IMG/VR virus record: IMGVR_UViG_3300035182_002505
Length of the DNA: 20,000 bases
Strand: one strand, 5' to 3'
Origin: an uncultured virus (IMG/VR IMGVR_UViG_3300035182_002505)
Taxonomy: Duplodnaviria; Heunggongvirae; Uroviricota; Caudoviricetes
Positions within the stretch are counted from its first letter, which is position 1; every line of letters begins with the position of its first letter. Both the position numbers and the translations under genes were made by a program. A model generated the notes under the pieces. That model was not told the DNA's origin. It made no database searches and was given only the letters and a program-made list of their open reading frames with translations. Positions 1 to 7,097 of this stretch are shown here, in pieces.

Positions 1-32
1 TCGGGAGTGGAGTAGCGCATGGTGGGGAGACG

Positions 33-704
33 CTACCTTTTTTGAGCCTCCGTGTCGAGTTCAGTGCCTTCGCCGGCTACCCTCGTGGCGGCGACATCCG
101 TGTCTTCAACATCTGCGGCCGGAGGTCCTGGTGGCGGCGTGTCCTCGGCGACGAACCTTCCGCTCTTCGACTTCTTCCGGGTGGGCTTGGGGATTTTGAT
201 CTCTTGCTCGGTGAGCGGAAGTTCCGTAAGACGGATCTGGAAACCGGTCGGCGCATCGAGGTGAACGAACTCGATGGATGTAGGCTTGATTTTCGACCTC
301 ATCAGCCATGTCCTGGTGGTGGTCCTTCCGTCCACAAACTCACGGTACAGGGCCGCCATGACAGCAGCGGCGTACTTCGTGTAGCGACGGCGCCCCTTCT
401 GCCACTCGACGATTGTCATCTTGTCGACGTCGAGCAGTTTGGCGAGGTCGCGCACGTTCATGCGGAGAGACCTGCGGACCAGATCGAACTCGTCGGGGTA
501 ACTGAATCCCTCGGTACAGAGCCAGAGGGCGACCTTGTCTGACAGCTCGTGCCTGTCCACGGGCTCGGTCCGGCCACAGGAGCATATCCAGCGAGGGATC
601 TTCGAGGAAAAGGTCCTGGGCCCCACGCGGAGGAACATGTCACCCACGCCATTTTGCATGAACCGCTTGCACGGGCGGCAGATCTTCTTCGTCTGAGGGG
701 GCAT
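33..704 (-). CDS. MqsA/YgiT-like zinc-finger plus XRE helix-turn-helix protein with acidic low-complexity tail (223 aa)
   Basis: N-terminal CRPC...CSCG zinc-ligand pairs, then VRRSLRMNVRDLAKLLDVDKMTIVEWQKG (XRE-type HTH). ATG at 704 (MPPQTKKIC) preferred over the ORF-track start at 749. Confidence 0.75.
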   Translation of the reverse strand: MPPQTKKICRPCKRFMQNGVGDMFLRVGPRTFSSKIPRWICSCGRTEPVDRHELSDKVALWLCTEGFSYPDEFDLVRRSLRMNVRDLAKLLDVDKMTIVEWQKGRRRYTKYAAAVMAALYREFVDGRTTTRTWLMRSKIKPTSIEFVHLDAPTGFQIRLTELPLTEQEIKIPKPTRKKSKSGRFVAEDTPPPGPPAADVEDTDVAATRVAGEGTELDTEAQKR

Positions 705-756
705 GGTCGACCGACATCCTGCTACATGTTGCGGGACCTTGGCGGACAATTTGCGA

Positions 757-1092
757 CTATCCGAGTCGCCTGGTCGCCTGAGCGAGCTTGGCCGGTTCGG
801 GCGAGTACGCCCACATGATCAGGGCCAAATGCCTGCGGGTCGGCCACCCATTTTTGTCGAACAGCGGCTCGTTCCTCGCCTCGACTTGGGCCATGTGCCG
901 GGAGACGAAGTTGTTGCGCCTGTTGCGCCACCATGGGTCGAGCTTCGCGAAAGATCCTCCGGCCGACGAATACTGCGCGATAAACTGTCCGGGTGACCGT
1001 GCTCGGACACTGACCCCCCAACTTTCGGCAGTAGGAAGCCACCGTGATACGGTCGAGATAGAGAGCCAGCCAGGTTCCACAGAGGACGCCAT
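757..1092 (-). CDS. Small basic hypothetical protein (111 aa) with WW-RRNNF-RH-AQ...PTRRHLALIMWAY motif
   Basis: 3' part of ORF 757..1302 from ATG 1092 (MASSVEPGW...). Motif-rich, protein-like sequence that fills the gap between the HTH gene and the recombinase. Confidence 0.6.
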   Translation of the reverse strand: MASSVEPGWLSISTVSRWLPTAESWGVSVRARSPGQFIAQYSSAGGSFAKLDPWWRNRRNNFVSRHMAQVEARNEPLFDKNGWPTRRHLALIMWAYSPEPAKLAQATRRLG

Positions 1093-1951
1093 GCCCCCCA
1101 GGAAACACCCAAGCCTCGACCCGCGCAAGGCCGTGGCCCTACTTCGCATCTCGACCGACAAGAGGAAGCAGGAAATGGGAGCGGACGCGCAGCTCCTGGC
1201 CATCAAGCGCTGGGCCCAGCAGCACGACGTCGAGGTAGTGGCCATCGAGGACGAGGAAAAGTCAGGCCGGAAGTCGCTCGACAATCGAGAGGGCCTGATC
1301 AATTGCCTGAACCTTCTGGCTCAGTACGGGGCCTCCCGGCTCATTGTCGCCAAGATCGACCGCATCTCAAGGAGCACGGAGACCTACTCGTTCTTCCTGC
1401 AGAAGCTCCGCGATATGGGGGGTCGCATCTACACCGTCGACGGCGTGGGCAACGTCGAGCCGGACGAAGAAGAGCGGCCCATGGACAAGGCCATGCGCGG
1501 CATGCAGGTCATCTTCGCCGAGCTGGAGGTCGAGCTGACCATTGCCCGCACGAAGGCCGTGTTCGAGGTCAAGAGGGAGCGGGGGGAGAAGCTAGGGGGG
1601 CTCGTGCCGTGGGGGTTCAAGATTGACCACAGCCAGGACGACCCCGCCTTCCCCCGGCGCCACAAGATCGTCCCTGATCTGGAGGAGCGAGCCCTGATGA
1701 AACAGGCGGCGGAGCTGCAGGCATCAGGACTGTCGCTCTCGCAGATCGCCGAACTGTCGGAGCAGTACGGATTCAAGAACAGAAAGGGAGGATGGGCTTC
1801 TCGCAACACCATTTACCAGATGGTACTCGCCCATCGGTCGATCGGAAGAAGCAATCCTGGGGAGGTGACAGCGACACAGCCAGAGGAACTCCGAGTCGCG
1901 GAGGCTCCGACGCCAGAACGCGAACTTCTCGAGGAAAAAAGAAGCGCATGA
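1091..1951 (+). CDS. Serine recombinase (resolvase/invertase catalytic domain plus short recombinase DNA-binding domain), 286 aa
   Basis: LRISTDKRKQ (catalytic Ser motif), SG...REGL, KIDRISRS, FAELE...ARTK, GGLVPWGF, GLSLSQIA...WASRNTIYQMV. AGAGGA upstream of ATG 1091. No C-terminal Zn ribbon. Confidence 0.92.
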   Translation: MPPRKHPSLDPRKAVALLRISTDKRKQEMGADAQLLAIKRWAQQHDVEVVAIEDEEKSGRKSLDNREGLINCLNLLAQYGASRLIVAKIDRISRSTETYSFFLQKLRDMGGRIYTVDGVGNVEPDEEERPMDKAMRGMQVIFAELEVELTIARTKAVFEVKRERGEKLGGLVPWGFKIDHSQDDPAFPRRHKIVPDLEERALMKQAAELQASGLSLSQIAELSEQYGFKNRKGGWASRNTIYQMVLAHRSIGRSNPGEVTATQPEELRVAEAPTPERELLEEKRSA

Positions 1952-2511
1952 GCCCATTTCTGGAAGGAATACTTGCTAAATTTGCCGAGCACGGCCCTCT
2001 CGGTCTCGGCTTCGTGGTCATGTTGTACGCGGTCATCCAGTACGACAAGAAAAAGGACCAACTCACCGAAAAGATCGAGACACTACAGAAGGACTCGTCC
2101 GACGATATCCAGCAGCTCCAGCGCGAATACGCGTCGACCATCCAGCAGATGCAGCGCGATCACGCGACCCTGGTTCAGCAGCGTCAGGTCGAAAATGCCG
2201 CGACCATTCAGCAGCTCCAGGCCGCCCATGCGCTCGCGATCCAGACCATGCAGAAAGACCATGCGCGCGAGATCTTTGATCTGAACCGCGATCACGCGGT
2301 CAAGATCGAGACGATCAACCGCGAGCGCGCCGAGGACGCGGAGGCCGTAGCCGCGAAGCTCGAGGACATGAACATCAAGATGTTCAACGCGGTCAACGTG
2401 ATTTCCGACTCGATGGACGACAGGTTCCAGCCTCCCGTCCCCCAGCTCCAGCCGGCGCAGGCAGATCGTACTGCCCGCCGCCCCGGGTCACATCCCGACA
2501 AAAAGAGGTAG
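1948..2511 (+). CDS. N-terminal transmembrane protein with 11-residue-repeat coiled coil; holin-like (BhlA/UviB-like) N-terminus, 187 aa
   Basis: ATGA overlap with the recombinase stop. EHGPLGLGFVVMLYAVIQY hydrophobic helix followed by DKKK, then eight hendecad repeats. Confidence 0.75.
   Translation: MSPFLEGILAKFAEHGPLGLGFVVMLYAVIQYDKKKDQLTEKIETLQKDSSDDIQQLQREYASTIQQMQRDHATLVQQRQVENAATIQQLQAAHALAIQTMQKDHAREIFDLNRDHAVKIETINRERAEDAEAVAAKLEDMNIKMFNAVNVISDSMDDRFQPPVPQLQPAQADRTARRPGSHPDKKR
2074..2337 (+). repeat. Eight in-frame 33-nt/11-aa degenerate repeats
   Basis: IETLQKDSSDD / IQQLQREYAST / IQQMQRDHATL / VQQRQVENAAT / IQQLQAAHALA / IQTMQKDHARE / IFDLNRDHAVK / IETINRERAED. Confidence 0.85.
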
Positions 2512-2515
2512 TACC

Positions 2516-2788
2516 ATGTCCAAGCACCACAGCCTTTCCCCCAGCGCCCCCGAGTCCCTCCGCCGCGTCATGGAGTCCTCAGACCGCGTGTGCGATCACG
2601 CGACGGCGAGGCTGGACAAGCGCATCGCGCGAGCCAAGGCGATGAACAGGGGCGAGACGCCTCCCCCCGAGGAAGACTCGCACGTGGGCCGGCTTCCGAC
2701 GGCGGCGGTGCTTGGCATGTCTCCCGAGGAGGAAGCCGAGTTCCTCGTCGAAATGTCCGTGCCGCGCCGCAAGGCGATGGCTGGCTGA
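2516..2788 (+). CDS. Hypothetical protein (90 aa)
   Basis: Starts 4 nt after the upstream stop with AGAGGT just before; its stop abuts the tmk stop. Confidence 0.65.
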   Translation: MSKHHSLSPSAPESLRRVMESSDRVCDHATARLDKRIARAKAMNRGETPPPEEDSHVGRLPTAAVLGMSPEEEAEFLVEMSVPRRKAMAG

Positions 2789-3976
2789 TCAGCCGGAAGC
2801 GCAGCAGCCCGCCAGGAGCAGCGGCTCGACCAGGGACCAGATCGCCTGTTCGACCTGGTCCTCGGTCCCGCTCGCATCGACGAATTTGACGTTGTGCGAC
2901 GGGACCAGCTCGTCCGCGATGAGGTACAGATTGTCAACGCACACGAGAAGGTCGTCTCGCTCGAGGCGGTCCGCCGGCTTCCCCCGGGCGGCGCGACGCG
3001 CCTTGGCCTGCTCAATCGGCAGACGGATCACGATCGTGAGGTGAGGCGCCAGGATGCCGCCGCCCGCCGCCGCGTTCAGTGCGCCGATCAGTGTCGCGTC
3101 GTCCATCAAACCGGGCGAGGCCTCCTGGCTCAGCAAGGCGCCCTGGTAGCACAGCGTCGAAAGCTGGTACCGGTCGCAGACAACGTCACACCGCTGCAGG
3201 AGGTGCTCCAGATCGCGGCAGTGCTGCTCGCGGTCGGCGAAGAAGAGCTTGGTCAGTCCCCAGGTCGAGATCGTCGACGATCCGTTGCTCAGGTAGTGCC
3301 GGATCGCGCGGCCGTGCGGACCGTCGGTAGGCTCTGCTTCGAGCGCGGCGCCGATCCGGCCGGCCAGGCGCCTGGCCTGGGTGCTCTTGCCGGATCCGTC
3401 GATGCCTTCCAGCACGATGAACAAGCCGTGGCGGCCCAGGGGGGTCGCCGCGCCACCGCAGACGCCCAAGCGCTGGACATCGCAGGTCGGCACGGGTTCG
3501 CCTGCCTCGCCGGCGCCCTCGGACCCGTAGACCTCATCCTGGCCGCAGAACATCGCGCTGCAGCACTTGGCGTCGATAGACAGCAAGAACGCGAGGTCTG
3601 GCATGCATTCGTCGACCAGATCGGGCCAGCGCCGCACGACCTCCTGTTCCTCGGCGGCGAACAGCGTGGTGGCGGTCGCGAGTTCCTCGTTCAGCCACGC
3701 CGTGAAGCGCCCGGATTTGCGCCATAGGTCGCAGAAGATCGGCGCCGAGAACCCGGTGACCGCGTTGGCGGCGAAGACGGCATACGAGACCATCGGCCTG
3801 TTCGCCTTGTCGTACGGGCGAACTTCGATGGGCCACAGGCTGTCCTCGGGGAACTGCATCGACCATCCGATCCGCCAGAGCATGGCCCAGGCGGAGGCAA
3901 GGTCGGGGACGAGGTGATCAGGAACCGAAACGCAGCGACCTGGGTCGATCGACGAGCATGGCATGCGACGACGCAT
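2789..3976 (-). CDS. tmk: Thymidylate (dTMP) kinase with about 180-aa N-terminal extension of unknown function
   Basis: FIVLEGIDGSGKST P-loop, AEPTDG, LFFADREQH, VVCDRYQLSTLCYQG and VDASG lie in about 2789-3430. Start is uncertain (ATG 3976 or 3964, or an internal start). Confidence 0.88.
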   Translation of the reverse strand: MRRRMPCSSIDPGRCVSVPDHLVPDLASAWAMLWRIGWSMQFPEDSLWPIEVRPYDKANRPMVSYAVFAANAVTGFSAPIFCDLWRKSGRFTAWLNEELATATTLFAAEEQEVVRRWPDLVDECMPDLAFLLSIDAKCCSAMFCGQDEVYGSEGAGEAGEPVPTCDVQRLGVCGGAATPLGRHGLFIVLEGIDGSGKSTQARRLAGRIGAALEAEPTDGPHGRAIRHYLSNGSSTISTWGLTKLFFADREQHCRDLEHLLQRCDVVCDRYQLSTLCYQGALLSQEASPGLMDDATLIGALNAAAGGGILAPHLTIVIRLPIEQAKARRAARGKPADRLERDDLLVCVDNLYLIADELVPSHNVKFVDASGTEDQVEQAIWSLVEPLLLAGCCASG

Positions 3977-4066
3977 ACCACGAACCGATCGGCGCCAGGT
4001 AGACTATCTTCGACTGTCGACTCATAACCGACTGCTCAGGCAAACCGTACCCGCTGAGCAACCCGC

Positions 4067-5380
4067 CTAACGTCGACGAGGCGACAGGGTAAATGAAGGG
4101 TCTTGAAAGAAGCCAGAGGAGTCGAGGTGGTTGATGGTGGCCACGACATTCGGATGAACGAAGTCGCGATTGCCGCTGAGATCGCGGAGGAGTCGATTTC
4201 GCATACGAAAGTACACGGTCGATCGACGGTTGTTGTCGAAGATCTGTACCGGGATACTCTCTTGCAGAGCGAATCTCTCCTTGATCAGCTCGATCACTTG
4301 ATCGCGCACACGGACACCGTGGATGAACTGGTCGGTCCTGGCCTTGTTATTGGCGATGGACGACTGCAAGGTGCTTGCGCTAACGAACTCGGTGGCCTGG
4401 GGAATGCGTCCGGTACGGGCCACAAACTCTTCGAGAATCCCCGGCTTTGACATGATCCGACCCACGTGGTCAGCGATGCGCTTGGACTCTCCTGGAAGGA
4501 TGGTGGCGAACTTTGAAATTCCGCCAATCGGAGAGAAATTCGTGCGCAGGGCCTCGGTGAGTCGGCCATCGACGAGGGCATCGACGCTGCTCGCGGAACG
4601 GCCGGTGTAATTAACCCTGCCTTCGGCGACATAGTTCTTTCCAATCGCAAACCCCTCGGACTTCATCGCATCGCCGGGCCGCTTGTGCTCGGCGACATAG
4701 TTCTTTCCAATCGCAAACCCCTCGGACTTCATCGCATCGCGAGCCTTGCGCATGTCGCGGATCGCGATGAACCGATCAAGGTCTGCGTTGGCCCGCTTGA
4801 GGTTGGCCAGCTCCTCGGCCGAGGAGATCTCCTCGTTGTCGCGGGCGATGCGACGCTGAAGCTCCATCTCTTCCTGGGGTGTCATGACGGACGAATAGGA
4901 CATGCCTCGCCTTTTCTTGCCAACGAACGGCATCATCTCGGACGTGAGCCCGGCCACCGGGAAGGCCACCAGGTTCTGGCGATCGGAGCGGCTCTTGCTG
5001 ACATGAACAACCACGGGCACGTAGCGGGCCTTCTGCATTCGGGCGAGCTTGTCTTGGGCGCGCCTGGCCACGGCATCGAGCCCGCCCATGCGAAGAGCCG
5101 AGTCGACGACGGCCATGGACTCGTGCGTGAGCCTCGTGAACAGCACCTCGTCGCACAGCTCCCACGAGAGAGGGAAGGCATGAACCTGATCAAGGAAGCC
5201 TTCGATCGCCCCGGGCGCGACCCAGGTGGCAAAAGCAGCTTCGACGGCGAGCACGGAGTCCGGCAGGAAGAAGCACTTTTCGCGAAAGAAAGCCTTTTCT
5301 TGCGAAGGCGGTGTCTTATTTAGCTTCCCGGTATTCTCAGCGAAGTAAGCGAGCAACTTGATCTTTTTTTCGATATTCAT
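4067..5380 (-). CDS. Hypothetical protein (437 aa) with internal 17-aa duplication
   Basis: ATG 5380 (MNIEKKIKLL) overlaps the upstream TGA by 1 nt (TGATG). Long open frame; no family recognised. Confidence 0.75.
   Translation of the reverse strand: MNIEKKIKLLAYFAENTGKLNKTPPSQEKAFFREKCFFLPDSVLAVEAAFATWVAPGAIEGFLDQVHAFPLSWELCDEVLFTRLTHESMAVVDSALRMGGLDAVARRAQDKLARMQKARYVPVVVHVSKSRSDRQNLVAFPVAGLTSEMMPFVGKKRRGMSYSSVMTPQEEMELQRRIARDNEEISSAEELANLKRANADLDRFIAIRDMRKARDAMKSEGFAIGKNYVAEHKRPGDAMKSEGFAIGKNYVAEGRVNYTGRSASSVDALVDGRLTEALRTNFSPIGGISKFATILPGESKRIADHVGRIMSKPGILEEFVARTGRIPQATEFVSASTLQSSIANNKARTDQFIHGVRVRDQVIELIKERFALQESIPVQIFDNNRRSTVYFRMRNRLLRDLSGNRDFVHPNVVATINHLDSSGFFQDPSFTLSPRRR
4623..4740. 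repeat. Exact 52-bp direct repeat, two copies (4623-4674, 4689-4740), 66-nt period
   Basis: tcggcgacatagttctttccaatcgcaaacccctcggacttcatcgcatcgc occurs twice, encoding DAMKSEGFAIGKNYVAE twice in frame. Confidence 0.95.
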
Positions 5381-6342
5381 CACGCGCTGACTTTCTTCAC
5401 GTATTTCTTGTAAACGTACCGACCACCGAAGAGAATGCCGGCGACGACGACCAGGCCACCCAGGACCTTGCTGACGGCCCTGGCGCCGGAGACGATCGGG
5501 GACGAACTGGCTGGGACGGCCAGGGAGACATCGACATCGTCGGCGTCGGGCGCCGGTAGCGCGGGGATGACCGGGCAACTTGTCGCGTCGGCCCGGAGCG
5601 GGAGCTGGGTGCAGTCCTCGTAGCCGACCACCCGGCGCCCCTGAAAGGGCCGGCCGGAGGCATCGAGGGACACGCTGCCATCGGGGTTGACCTTGCAGGC
5701 CCACAGTTCACCTGTTCGACGTCCCTGATCATCCGTTCCGGTCCAGACCTCGGACCAGGCGCGGACGACGAGGTCGATGCCGGGCTGTCCCCCATCGACC
5801 GAGTGGACAATGCCGTCCTTCTCGAAGAGCACGGTGAACTCATGCTCGCCGGAGAAGCCGTCGCCTCGGGAGAACCCGCCGTCAGAGGCCAGGCCAATGA
5901 TGACCGCGTCGCCGGGCCCGGGGAGCGGCGTCCCCTCGACCCACGGGATGCCCGAGCGCCAGGCGCCGATAGACTCGGCGAATTCCTTCTCCTGCTCGAC
6001 GGCGAAGTCACCGGCGTTGACCCGGTCGGCGTACCAGCGGTAGAGGGCCGGGTTGTCGACGCCGGCGGCGCGCTCGATCGCCTCCCGGGTGACGCCGCAG
6101 GTCGACTGCGTGGCTGCCTGGCCATCGGCCTGGGCGATCTGCATGTCCGTCGCCTGCTCGACGGGCAAGATGTTGTCGAAATACAGGCGGTGGATGTACT
6201 CGTTCTGTGTCTTTGGGTCCTGGTAGGCGAGGGGCCCGTCGATCATGAGATTGATCGCTGCTACCAGGAACCGGCAGCGCGGCATACCGACGCGCAGAGA
6301 AGTCCTGGCTGTCTCGCGGAGCACGTAATCAAACGAGGTCAT
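5380..6342 (-). CDS. Putative CHAP/NlpC-P60-like cysteine amidase with C-terminal membrane anchor (320 aa)
   Basis: STCG (candidate catalytic Cys), PGPGDAVII, GEHEFTV (candidate His) and SVDGGQ in the expected order. Ends VLGGLVVVAGILFGGRYVYKKYVKK. ATGA overlap with the upstream gene. Confidence 0.62.
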   Translation of the reverse strand: MTSFDYVLRETARTSLRVGMPRCRFLVAAINLMIDGPLAYQDPKTQNEYIHRLYFDNILPVEQATDMQIAQADGQAATQSTCGVTREAIERAAGVDNPALYRWYADRVNAGDFAVEQEKEFAESIGAWRSGIPWVEGTPLPGPGDAVIIGLASDGGFSRGDGFSGEHEFTVLFEKDGIVHSVDGGQPGIDLVVRAWSEVWTGTDDQGRRTGELWACKVNPDGSVSLDASGRPFQGRRVVGYEDCTQLPLRADATSCPVIPALPAPDADDVDVSLAVPASSSPIVSGARAVSKVLGGLVVVAGILFGGRYVYKKYVKKVSA

Positions 6343-6932
6343 TTCGCCCCCTTCTTCCTGGCTGATTGAGCGGGCGAAACACGGCCGGCGTCAGACTCTT
6401 CCGAATCCGTCTCTGCTGCATCCTTCTGCGCATCCTCGATCTTTTTCGCACGGACTCGCTCGGTCTTCGCCTGCGACTTGATAATGAAGCGGACCTGATT
6501 GGCGACGTAGGTCATGTCGCGAACGTTCTTGCCTGTCCGCAGCCGATCGAGAAGGTATGGGGCTCTGGCGTCGAGGATGGTCGCCGCCTTTTTTGCCTCA
6601 TCCTCGTTGCCGTAGCTGTCGACAAATGTGCCGTCGTCGAGCATCAGCACGAAGGAATCGCGGTCCTTGTGGCGAACCAAGACAACGTGAACGGTCGACC
6701 CCTTCTGCATGATGGGGTACTTGGCCGCATTGTAGACGAAGACGTCGCCCATGATCGGGTTGCTGCGTCTGGACGCGACGAGCGGGATGCCTTCGGCGGC
6801 CGCCCGCTGGAAGAGAAGACCGATCTTGCCCGCCTCGTCAGCCTTCCGGGCACGATCGGTCAGGCGCAGCCGAGCCCACAGGGAGCGAAGCTGCCGGTTG
6901 CCAAGGGAATCGAGGAGTTCGGTGACGTCCAC
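6339..6932 (-). CDS. Hypothetical protein (about 197 aa), paralog of 18564..19925
   Basis: Shares IGxLFQxAAxxG and NPIxG...GK...D motifs with 18564..19925. GTG 6932 chosen from the paralog alignment and promoter spacing (ORF track starts at 6968). Confidence 0.75.
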   Translation of the reverse strand: MDVTELLDSLGNRQLRSLWARLRLTDRARKADEAGKIGLLFQRAAAEGIPLVASRRSNPIMGDVFVYNAAKYPIMQKGSTVHVVLVRHKDRDSFVLMLDDGTFVDSYGNEDEAKKAATILDARAPYLLDRLRTGKNVRDMTYVANQVRFIIKSQAKTERVRAKKIEDAQKDAAETDSEESDAGRVSPAQSARKKGAK

Positions 6933-6939
6933 CGAGCAG

Positions 6940-6968
6940 AGGGTACCGGAGTCGAGGTCCGGCCACAA
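6940..6968 (-). promoter_or_regulatory. Putative sigma70-type promoter, leaderless for GTG 6932
   Basis: Minus strand TTGTGG-17 nt-TACCCT-7 nt-GTG. Confidence 0.4.
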
Positions 6969-7000
6969 AAGCCAGCGCGCCCGCTCCTGTCTTGGCCGTT

Positions 7001-7030
7001 TTGGCGAGAAAACGAAGGGTGCGGTACCGT
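7001..7030 (+). promoter_or_regulatory. Putative promoter for the four-paralog operon
   Basis: TTGGCG (7001-7006)-18 nt-TACCGT (7025-7030) in the divergent intergenic region. Confidence 0.3.
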
Positions 7031-7097
7031 CTAGGGCGCGCCCGTCGGCAGAGCACTCCCTCGCCCTCTTTCCTCGCCTCCACGGAACGATCCTCCC

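Noticed and set aside
788..1090. 101-aa N-terminal extension of the recombinase in the ORF track
   Set aside because: The catalytic domain starts just after ATG 1091, which has an SD; the extension is antisense to the more protein-like 757..1092 ORF.
2894..3727. 277-aa plus-strand ORF
   Set aside because: Antisense shadow of tmk, expected in GC-rich DNA; no motifs.
4623..4740. CRISPR mini-array
   Set aside because: Only two 52-bp copies with a 14-bp spacer, in frame within a CDS, and no cas genes.
5381..5704. N-terminal extension of ORF 4067..5704
   Set aside because: Overlaps the amidase-like gene in another frame and has Arg/Gly/Pro-rich off-frame composition; ATG 5380 is coupled to the upstream stop.
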